This document shows positions 39,703 to 49,006 of a DNA stretch of 49,006 nucleotides, in pieces. Source of the DNA: Chromera velia (taxonomy: Eukaryota); contig JAHBMJ010000380.1 of the NCBI GenBank assembly GCA_018398765.1, forward strand, positions 1 to 49,006. The letters are read 5' to 3'. The stretch's first letter is position 1, and every line of letters begins with the position of its first letter. The translations under genes and the position numbers were made by a program. The notes under the pieces are model-generated. The model was not told where the DNA came from and ran no database searches. It saw only the letters and a program-made list of their open reading frames with translations.

Positions 39703-41172
39703 ATGAAAGCAACACGTGAACCTCCCACGACTGAGTCGTTCATCTCCGACTTAGAGGCTTGGAAGGCTTCCTTGCGCGCTTCTCTCGAGGTTGCTTTGCA
39801 GGACGTTGATCGTGTTGCAAACATTTTGAGAGCAAAGGGGGCAGTGGGCACCAATAACAACACCCAACCCGCAGCAGCAGCAACAGCAGCACAACCACCA
39901 AGTGTGCGAGTGTCTGCCGAAGACGTGGAAAGTTTGCAGAAGCTAAAGATGGCATTGACGGGGTTTAAGAAGGAAGTAAAGAGGCATTTGGGTGATGTGG
40001 GCAGAAAGCACGTCCAAATGGATCTGTCCGAATTCTTCCAGAAAGGGAGTGGACACGAGACCATTGGCTCTCTCATCCGTGAGTTCCGCACTGTCGATGC
40101 TCCTTTCTTCCAGAAGGTCCTGTACGGGTTTATGAAGGGGGAGGAGACGGAGGATGATGTGCGGCTTCTGTTGAAGGTTGGCGCCGACGTGAATGGACTG
40201 GTGAAAGGGAAGACGGCAGCGATGGCGGCCATCTGTGAAAAGAGCATGAAAGCTCTGCAGATGGTTGTGAGGGACAAGGCCGATCTGGGGGTCAAGGCAA
40301 GAAATCTGCCTCCCTCCGGAAGTAATCATGAGCACCCCACACTCAAACAGGGGGACACTGCCGTGATGGCCGCCAGCCGTCAGCGCCAGTGGCGTATGGT
40401 TGACTTTCTCGCTGAACGGGGGGCGGAAATTGATGCGGTGGATGCGGGGGGGCAGAAGGTTCTTGGCATTGCGTGTAAGCAGGCATACGAACAAATGGAC
40501 TTCATCTTCACAATGCCTGACCTTGTTTTGCGTGCACAGGTCGGTGAGACCCTCGATGTTCTTCTTAAGAAGACCTCAGAGGCCCACCTGATCAGGTTTG
40601 CGTCCCCGGAAAGGGACGTTCAAATGACCCCAGGGCACATGTTTGCCCGCTATGGGTTTGAAAAGTTGGTGCGTCTGTATTTTACAGAGAGGGTGGAGGT
40701 TGATGCAGTCGATTCGTTTGGCGCGACCGCCCTGCACAGGGGCGTGACGGGGGTGGGTTCATTCGGGGAAGAGACCGTTCGTGTAGCACAATTTCTGCTC
40801 GGAAGGGGGGCAGATGTGAACAAACGCGCAATGAACCAAGCCACAGCACTGAATTTTTCGATGTACTGCATCCAAGACTCCGTTCCCCCCGCACTCTTGA
40901 AATTGCAGAAATTGCTCCTCGATGCCGGGGTCGATATCAATGTGAGACAAATTTCGAATCCTCACCAGAATCCAGGCAAGACAGCTCTCCACGAGGCTGT
41001 CCAGAGAGGCCTACATGGGTGTGTGAGGCTTCTGATTGAAAGCGGGGCTGACCAAAATGTGGTGAACCAGTACGGTGTCACTCCCCAGGGTTTGATCCCC
41101 CCCCGGGATACCCAAATGGCCGCGCTCTTTCGTCCTGCAGCATCGAGGGCCGCAAGAGGCGGGCGTCGCTAA
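39703..41172 (+). CDS. Ankyrin-repeat protein (intronless)
   Basis: Uninterrupted ORF. The track start at 39613 is GTG, and the first in-frame ATG is at 39703. Ankyrin repeats include LLLKVGADVNG, GDTAVMAA..FLAERGAEIDA, GATALHRG..FLLGRGADVNK and GKTALHEAVQRGLHGCVRLLIESGADQNVVNQYGVTP. Confidence 0.92.
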   Translation: MKATREPPTTESFISDLEAWKASLRASLEVALQDVDRVANILRAKGAVGTNNNTQPAAAATAAQPPSVRVSAEDVESLQKLKMALTGFKKEVKRHLGDVGRKHVQMDLSEFFQKGSGHETIGSLIREFRTVDAPFFQKVLYGFMKGEETEDDVRLLLKVGADVNGLVKGKTAAMAAICEKSMKALQMVVRDKADLGVKARNLPPSGSNHEHPTLKQGDTAVMAASRQRQWRMVDFLAERGAEIDAVDAGGQKVLGIACKQAYEQMDFIFTMPDLVLRAQVGETLDVLLKKTSEAHLIRFASPERDVQMTPGHMFARYGFEKLVRLYFTERVEVDAVDSFGATALHRGVTGVGSFGEETVRVAQFLLGRGADVNKRAMNQATALNFSMYCIQDSVPPALLKLQKLLLDAGVDINVRQISNPHQNPGKTALHEAVQRGLHGCVRLLIESGADQNVVNQYGVTPQGLIPPRDTQMAALFRPAASRAARGGRR

Positions 41173-41316
41173 ATGCGTGGATGCTTCTGCGTGGCGTGTG
41201 CTAGTATTATCAAAGATGTCTCACGTTCAAAATTGACCGTCAACTGCCGTCAAGTTTCAATTCTCAATAATAAAACGAGCTCTAAAAAGCTAAAAAAATC
41301 GTATGACAGGTCATAC

Positions 41317-41347
<31 letters not shown>

Positions 41348-42206
41348 CTAAGAAAGCCAGAGAGGGAGAAATGTAACAAATAAAGGGATTCTTAGGCAGA
41401 AAGCGAGGGAAAGAGAAGCCTCAGAATGGCTGTCCGAATGGTTGATTTTAAAACCCGCCGACGAGTAGAGAAACACCCGTTCATGTGGTATCTATCTACA
41501 CCATTCTTTACTGAGTAATTTTTAGAGAGAGAACCAATCACATCAACGTCTCACCATGTTGCTTTTAAGGAGGATCGAGGGCTAGAAAGGGGTGGGGTTA
41601 CACAGTTCAAATACGTGCTCTGCCTCATGATCGCTCTCTCTTGTCTGGTGGCTTTCTTTTTATCTTTCTCCTTCGGATATATGTTGGGGGGGGGGGAGAG
41701 GTATGGTGGATCGTGTGAAGAACACTGTGCTCACTGCCCTGCAGTCGAAGGCACAAAAGTGATCAACTATGCGGTACATCGACTAACTGCGTGCATACGA
41801 ACAGAGCGGCCTCGATCCAAACTTCAGCTGTTGGCAGAGAGAATAAAAGAGAGAACAGGAATCTGTGAAAGGGTCTGTAGAGAAGATGGATTGCTGCAGC
41901 TGAAGAAAGAGGTATTGGAGAAAAAGAGACTTATGTCAAAGAGCTGGTTTTGTTCATCTTAGACTAGGAGCCAAAGAAGGCAAGTGCATTAATCAAAGCT
42001 TGTTTGAAATTGAAATGAGTGTGCGTACGTCTTGTGTGGTCGTTCAGCCTTTAGCTTCAGTCTAGGCTGTGGAGGGTTGTGGTTGTTCATGTTCATATGG
42101 AAGCAGGCTAAGCTGTGGCGGCTTGCTCCTTTTGTTTACAACTACATGCATGGGTTGCTATTTGTCTCTGGTTTCGGAGACCTTAGGCTTAACCATAATT
42201 AAGTAA

Positions 42207-42241
<35 letters not shown>

Positions 42242-42559
42242 TGTATGTATATATGCATATATGTACGATGGTAAAAATATGTTTTATATGATTTGATTAT
42301 CATGACACTAAACTCGATCATTTAGATACATTTAAATAAAGTTTCAGCTCATAACCCAACTTCTAATTCTTTATACACTGGTTTATACCAATCTTAAAAA
42401 TAAATTTTTGTTGGAATTAAAAGGGTCGGTTCTTAGTGTGCCGCTCAAAAAAAATGTTTTTCTCAGTTTTTTGGGCTCGATCTCCCCCTAGCTCTCCCTA
42501 CGTATATGGACCAGTCCGACCAGACAGACTACTTAAAGCCTAAGACAACTTTTGAAGGC

Positions 42560-45006
42560 TAGCCAGGCTAAGACCACAAACAAAATCACACATACTGTGT
42601 ATGACCTTCCCAGCCAAACCTTCCCCCCATGGTCACAGATTGGTGAAGAGCCTCTCCCTTCCACCCTCCCACCCCTCCTCCTTTCCACCCTTCTATTTTG
42701 CCCTTCTCTTTCCATCAAATCTCCTCTGTTCTAAAGAAAATGAATAGAAAAAAAGCCTCCGGCCTTGAAGAAATCTTCCCCACTCAGCTTGACCTTTATT
42801 TTACACACTCGGCGCTCTCTCGTTTTTTACTTTTTGTTTTGTTTAATTGTATGCATATCTTTGCATGCTGGCCTCCCTCCTGGAATATGTTGCGTATCTG
42901 CCCTGTCCCTAAAGGCCCTGCCTCTCCCTCTCCCAATGAATGGAGGCCTATTCACGTTGTCAACCCTTTTGTAAAACTTTTTGGTTTGCTGATGGACGGC
43001 CGTATGCGCTCTCAAGTCGAGCTTGACGTCAGGCAGTTAGGTTTCAGACAAGAGGTGGGAACGAGAGAAGGGGTAGGCGCGCTTGTCTCTGCCATTCTCT
43101 CCTCTAAAAAGAAAAAAAAAGCTCTGCTGGCAGGCTTTGTTGATTTTTCCAAAGCCTTCGACACTGTGCCGAGAGGTAAGCTAATTCAGAAACTGAGAAG
43201 AGAAGGTGTGTGTGAGGCAAATGTGTGTATGATATGTGAAATGTATAGGGAGGTCTGGGGAAAGGTAGACAGGGACTCTTTGCGTTTTCGAGAGGGCGCT
43301 GGGATAAAGTAAGGTGATGCTCTCTCTCCCATTCTCTTTCTTTTCTATATCAATGACCTTCCTCATGTGTGTTCAGTTAGTAAGAACGAGGGGGCCGTAG
43401 ACAGAAAAGCAGAGGGAGCAGGATGATCAGACAGCAGAATGGGGGGGAGCAACGTTGAAGAGCCCGAGAGAGAGCCCGAACCTGTCCTCCTTGAGAACTG
43501 TATCTTAGGTAGTCTGAGGTATGCGGATAATCTCTGTTTCCTTGCTCATTCTATTTCAGATCTGCAAAAGAAGTTCTCAGCCTTAGAAGGGTATTGCAAG
43601 GAATGGGGATTGACTGTGAACTTAAAAAAAACGAAAATCTTGCGTCTGTCTGCCTTGGCTCTGGGGCAGTCTGCAGGTAGAGTCATGTATGGTGGGAGGG
43701 AAGTTGAATGGACATCCCAATATAAATATTTAGGGTGTGTTTTCTTTGAAGGGGGGTGCTTGAATAAGACAATTGAGTCCCGTATTGCTTCTGCTTCGCA
43801 GGCTCTGGGAGGAGTAATCGGGTTGATTATGAGCATAGGCCCGCTCAGCATTGACGTACAGGTAACAGTCTTTAGAGCCTGCTGGACCCCTGTAGCGCTC
43901 TACTGCCTTAAATGTCTGCCAGTGCGGGATGCAGACCTGCTCGCTCTTGATGCTTTGCAGCTTCGGTTTGCCCGCTGGTGTGGTCATTTGTCTGCTCGCA
44001 GCCTCCGCCTGCCCTCTCTTTGTATCCTTGGTCTTCTTCCTTGCAAAGCCCTTCTCTGCTCCCGCGTGGCTGACTGGTGGCACTCTCTTTCCATCACAAC
44101 ACACACTATTCCTGCAGCCATGTTGCATGCCTGGAAGAATAACTGCTGCCAACAATTCATAAGATCTATAGACAGGCTGCTTCGTTGGGCTGATTTGATT
44201 TCTGTCCGTTCGCTGAGGGTCGAGCCCGATCTGTCTTCCTAGTGTCTTCCCAACGCGGGCAGAATGGTCATAGGGCACAAGGCACCGGCTCACTTTTCTT
44301 CAAGGGCAAGGTGAGATAGACAGTTGTAAAGGAATGCATGAAGGCTTCAGAATTTCTGAGGATGATGGGCAATCTTCCTCTCACTTTCCCCTCCTTGCTA
44401 GACTCACCCCTCTACAGCGCGACTTCCCGTCCTCCTGCCATATGTTTGTCTTCCTCCTGTGCAGCAAGTCATCCTCCGGTATTCCTTCCTCTCTGCCCTT
44501 CCCCGTTCTGCCCTGTCGGTTACGGGGGGCTCGATCTTTTCTTTTTTGCATATGCTGACATATAACCCGATGGGCGGACAAGGTGGGCTGCCTGTTGGTT
44601 GCTTTGATAGAAAGCTGTGCACTCATGAAGCCTGCTGCAGGTGTGTAGATGGTTGTATTCATCGGCTCTCTGTCTGCCCCCAATGGACTGCCGAACAAGG
44701 CTTTTTGCAGTGGTTGGCATTAATTCAATCAGACCGCTTCACTCGTTGTGACTCACCCTTTGCATCCGCCTCCTTTTCTGATCTGGGGGTTCGCAAGTTC
44801 ATCACATCGCTCTTGCGCTCTCAACCCTCTCCCCTCTTTATGATTTCTTGCCATATTGTAGTAAATGATTGGTTAGATTAAGTTCGAATAACTGTCGTCC
44901 ACTTAGCTTGCAGTTGGCATAATTGAACAGACCCATGCATGTATGCACCGCCTGGGAGTTCGAACTCCACCTAGGGTTTGGCATCAATCAATCAATCAAT
45001 TAATCA
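42560..45006 (+). mobile_element. Decayed LINE retrotransposon (reverse transcriptase pseudogene) with (ATCA)n tail
   Basis: RT motifs are WRPIHVVNPFVKLF, QLGFR, FVDFSKAFDTVPR, GIK*GDALSP (QG motif broken by TAA at 43310-43312), LRYADNL (YADD altered), LTVNLKKTKI and YKYLG. A C-terminal Cys/His knuckle remnant (LCTHEACCRCVDGCIHRLSVCP) follows. The (ATCA)n tail is at 44983-45000. There are several in-frame stops, and the 5' end is approximate. Confidence 0.92.
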
Positions 45007-45504
45007 TAACAATGCATGAGTAAGTCAGCTAGAGTTGTGCATATTGCAGTAGTCATTAGACAAGTTTAAAGATAAAACAGTTACTTTACATATATAATGG
45101 AAGTCTTAGAACCTGTGCGTGTATATTACTGTATAACAGTCCAGATGATATACAGTTAGATAATTATTAAACCTAGTATTAAACGACCTAGTTAAATAGA
45201 GAGCTTAAGAGAGGTGGGTTAAACATAATTACATGTATGATATACAAGCAGATAAGCTACCATTATGGCTACCGCAAGTTGCTGTTGAATTAATTAAGTC
45301 AATTGGGGCCATCATCATTAGGTTTGTTGGCAACAGAAATATTATTTTTCTTCTTGTCCTCTAGCTCGTCCTCATGAATCCTCCGGCGGGATTCCTCCTT
45401 GCTAGCCTCCCCAGCCCGCTTCCTCTTCCTCCATAACCTCTGTATATGTATCTCTCATCTATTATCTTTTTTATTTAAAAACTTGTCTGCCGCCGTAGCT
45501 ACAG

Positions 45505-45829
45505 CAGGGTTGTAATCGCTACCGGTAATGACCGTTCGTTGCCAGCAATTACCGGTCTGCCGGCAATGGACATTTCTGACTTAGTCACTGCTAAAAAAAA
45601 AAATAGTAAAAAAATGAGTCTCAAAATTTTCTTTTTAGACTGTCACACTATTTAAACCTATAAACGGACTGTGTACAGTGTACATAAACTAACTCCAACA
45701 AATAATGACCCACGGATTTTATCATTGAACTCTAACTTTCTCTGCCATCGACTACCAGTCGTTCTGCCGGTGGCGACAAGCTCTGCCGGCAATCGCTCTT
45801 CTCTGCCGCTAAAAAAAAAAGCAACCCTG
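45505..45829. mobile_element. Putative hAT-like MITE (325 bp)
   Basis: Terminal inverted repeats are CAGGGTTG (45505-45512) and CAACCCTG (45822-45829). Subterminal CTGCCGG(CAAT) repeats occur near both ends. The flanks gctacag / gtcacag resemble a degenerate target-site duplication. Confidence 0.5.
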
Positions 45830-45876
45830 GTCACAGCTAATTAAGTCAACGAATTCAAATATTTTTAAAACTGTTT

Positions 45877-46281
45877 CTACCATGAGGGGTTCTGGTTTTT
45901 AAACCATTTTTTAATACCTGCAATGGAGTAAGCCGCTACTGTAAGTGCTCCTAGAAGCGCTGCGTGGTTCGCACAGCGGTATAGGAGATTACCAGCACGC
46001 TCTACAACAGAGGTAGAGAAAAGATAAACTCTAAGACAAGCTTGTCGGCAGGTATCGATAGAACCGCTACTGGCTCCCTTGGCACTAGCCTTAGTTGCAT
46101 GCCACTTCTTCCTCATCCAGAAGTCTGCAGGGCTTCCGACTTCGTTAATTCCCGACTTGAGCTCTTCTTGTCTACCTGTCAAAAGAGAGGAAAGGCCGCT
46201 TCCTGCCTCTCCTTTTGTTAGCTCCCTCTCCCTCAGTGGACCCTCACCAGCAGTAGCTGGAAGGGAACCAACCTCTGACAT
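45877..46281 (-). pseudogene. Possible hAT transposase C-terminal dimerization-domain relic
   Basis: SPADFW...LRVYLFSTSVVERAGNLL...KKW resembles the hAT dimerization consensus (P..FW...L.IPATSA.VER.FS....W). It lies next to the CAGGG-terminated MITE. The similarity was judged by eye only. Confidence 0.4.
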
Positions 46282-47114
46282 ATTCCTCTGTCGGCCTTCA
46301 GACTTCTTTCATTTTTTACCAAAACTAGAATGGCGGGAGGGCATGACTGAATGATGCCCCGTCATTCGATCAGTCAATCTACTCTTCGTTTTTCACCCTC
46401 TCTTTGACTTACTTTCTCATTTTCTCGCATCCTTTCGACGAACTCTCCAACAAACAGGCTATCCAGCAACTATACGCAAACAGGCTCACATCGTAGCCCG
46501 TCACCCCCTCCCCCCCCTCCCCCTCTTTATCCCCTGTTTGAAATTTATACCGTTAAAGCGTCTTCAGATTTCCTCCTTTCCTTCTTTCGTTCCCTTTCCG
46601 CTGGAGGCCGAGAACTGCCCCCCTCTTTACAAATACAGTCTGAACAGAACCGCCGCTCACTTGTTGCTCTGGTTACCCCCCAATCGTTTTTCTCTTTCGT
46701 TTCGTACACAGACGAAACTTTAAGATGATGTATACGCAGACACGAAGACTCAGCCAGCAGGCCATGAGACAATCCAGCCGACAACAGAGCAGCCAAAAGA
46801 AGAACACACATGCAAGACAAGACAGAAGAAAAAGGAAACCTCAGCAACAGACGAAAGAGAGACAGAAGGAAAGAAAGAAAGAGCAGAGGAAGAAGGAAAA
46901 TCAAGCTGATAGACACACATGCAGACCACATCGACCTTTTTCTTCTTTATTGAATTCATCCAAACCAATGGAAAAGGGAGGAGAGGAGAGGAGAGATTTG
47001 TGACCATGATCATGATAAAGAAGACGAAAAGAGAACAGGGCAGGAAGAAAAGCAAGAAAGATATATATTCCGCACGCAGCCTTCCCACAATTCTGCAGTT
47101 AAGCCGAGAATTCT

Positions 47115-48560
47115 TACGTTTCCATTGTGGATATGGGCAGTCTCTCTGGGCGCATCATTGCTAGCTTCCTGTATATACAGCTGGGCGCCGTTGGCACCCA
47201 ACCTGTCAGATATCATTTAGGTCAGCACATGACAAAAGCTTGTTTCTCATCTTTAGCACAAGAATCCTTTCTTTCCTTCCCGTGGTCGAACAACGCTTGA
47301 CAGAACAACACCTCTATCCTTACCCTGAATGTTGCTCGATGAATCTTGACCCCTCTGAGTTTGTTCTGTCCGCATGCCTGTTGTCTCTCTTCCTTGGTTT
47401 GCAGCAGCAAGGAGCCTTCTTCTTCGCCCAGCTTGCGCTTCATGACCTTGGAGAAACAACAATCTCTCTTGATCCTACAGGTTAGTGCGGGCTCAACACG
47501 GTTTGTTTGTTCTGCCCCAACTGTGCCACGTCTGCAGAACAGAGAAGCATTAGACCCCGGTCCTTCACAAGCTGCTCCGTACAAGTTTGGCTGACTCTCG
47601 CAGGCGTTGGCAAAGAAGGGTTTCCAATCGGCAAATGTATCAGCTGACTACTGATACAGGGTTTCTGATGGATATCTTCCTTTTTCGATCGATCACCGAT
47701 CCCCGATCGAGAAGGTAGAGGCATGGCTGTCTTACCCTTACATGCAATCGATGGTCACGTTTTGCTTGGTCTTCGATCTTTCCCTCCCATTGAAACTCCC
47801 ACGACTGATTGGGAGTCGCAGCGATTCATTTATGACTTTCTTCAATCTGTGCATATGGTGTGTTGCTTGCCTGCCTCATCCCCCGACCTTCTCCTTTCTG
47901 CCTGCTTACATTTGTTCGATCGGAGTCGAACCTTTGGTGACCGAGCTTTGAGGCCTTGGCGTTCTAGTGGGCGGCGCTGCATGGCGGTGGGGGGACCTGA
48001 ACGCGCCCCGCGATGCCTCATCCATCCAAGTGAGTGTGGGCCTTTCAACTTTTCTTCGTTCTCTTTCTCTTTTCTTTTCTTCTTCTCTCGCCTCTATTCC
48101 TAGTTTCTTTGTGCGATAGTAGGCGTGAGTACTCAAAGAGAATCGAGCTGCATATACTGTCCCGTAGACTTCTTTCTTCTGTTTCATTTCTGTGTCTGAA
48201 AGTCCTTTTGCTCAAAACAGCTGCACTCTTCATCTGTTGAGTTGTTTCTCGTACGACCGCTTGTCTTTCTTCTTCTCCTCTGCTTCTTGCCCTCCTATCT
48301 GCACATATGCAGTCAGAAGGAGACGTACCGGCAAAGAGGCCCGGGAGAGAGTCAAGGAGCATAGAAGGGAATCCCTGGAAGCTCACACATCAGATTCAGA
48401 GTGCGACGAGCTGCATCATGCAGACTCATTTGCTGGACACGCACGGAGTTGGACTTCAGAGGAGAGCCTCAGGGGCACAGTATGGCACAGCCAAAATCCT
48501 AACAACCCGAAACAAGCACTTCATCCACCGCTGCAGTGAAGCGTGAAACAAGTCGAGGAA
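47115..48560 (-). CDS. Unresolved multi-exon gene of unknown function
   Basis: Minus-strand exon-like blocks are bounded by ag|...|gtaaga (~47118-47203) and tag|...|gtaagg (~47325-47476). No domain was recognised and the frame was not resolved. Confidence 0.3.
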
Positions 48561-49006
48561 GGGAAAAAGAAAAAAACGCAGGAGCTGCATTAGAATAGCA
48601 GAACCGAGCAGGGGAAGGGAAGGGGGTTAGTTTTTTCACACGGATAGTACTGGAAGTTGACGGTGGGTCCTCCTGAAGTTGTGGTGAGTGAGGGTCGGAC
48701 TGCCTGACTGACTGATTGGGTGACTTGAATGGAGAGAAGAAGGGGGAAAGAGAGCCTGCATTCAGAGCCGTTCGTCCCTCCTCCCTGCTGTCTCTAGCAA
48801 AAAAGGAAAGAAAGGAAGTCGGCATGAGTGACGGCATTCACCTCGATCTGTCTGGGTGTTTGCCTCACTTCTTTAATTTCACGTTTACAGCTTCCTTGCC
48901 CCTTCGAATGTCTGCAAGGGGAGAAGAAAGAAGGCGCAACTCCATGTGTTACCGTCTCCTGCATTCATTCAGTCGTCCTGGTGTGGACTTCTGCGGGTCC
49001 ATTCAC

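Noticed and set aside
39624..40494. Long minus-strand ORFs (223 and 183 aa)
   Set aside because: They are antisense shadows of the ankyrin CDS.
41615..41962. 115-aa ORF with a hydrophobic N-terminus
   Set aside because: It has a non-ATG track start, includes a poly-G run and has no recognisable family. It may be repeat debris.

Overview
Eukaryotic, intron-rich genomic DNA. It has GT-AG introns, many microsatellites, frequent TGCATG motifs and AT-rich intergenic islands. The style and the ankyrin family suggest an apicomplexan-related alveolate such as Chromera, which is an inference. Most ORFs in the six-frame track are intronic or antisense artefacts. Splicing by eye supports: (1) a 5'-truncated LINE relic with an (ATCA)n tail; (2) a minus-strand CCCH zinc-finger gene with an N-terminal KNTF motif, head-to-head with (3) a complete 6-exon RPL11; (4) a minus-strand single-pass, Cys-rich membrane protein, head-to-head with (5) a second NTF/CCCH gene; (6) a large minus-strand multi-EF-hand gene built by exon duplication, head-to-head with (7) an MFSD5/MOT2-type molybdate transporter; (8) an intronless ankyrin-repeat gene; (9) a decayed LINE reverse transcriptase; and (10) a hAT-like MITE and transposase relic. 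The most novel signal is gene 4. Its cytoplasmic tail resembles a prokaryotic diadenylate-cyclase (DisA_N/DAC) domain with altered catalytic motifs, and the similarity runs through an in-frame TAG. Other notable signals are the paired NTF-CCCH genes and possible RIP-like CpA>TpA decay of repeats.
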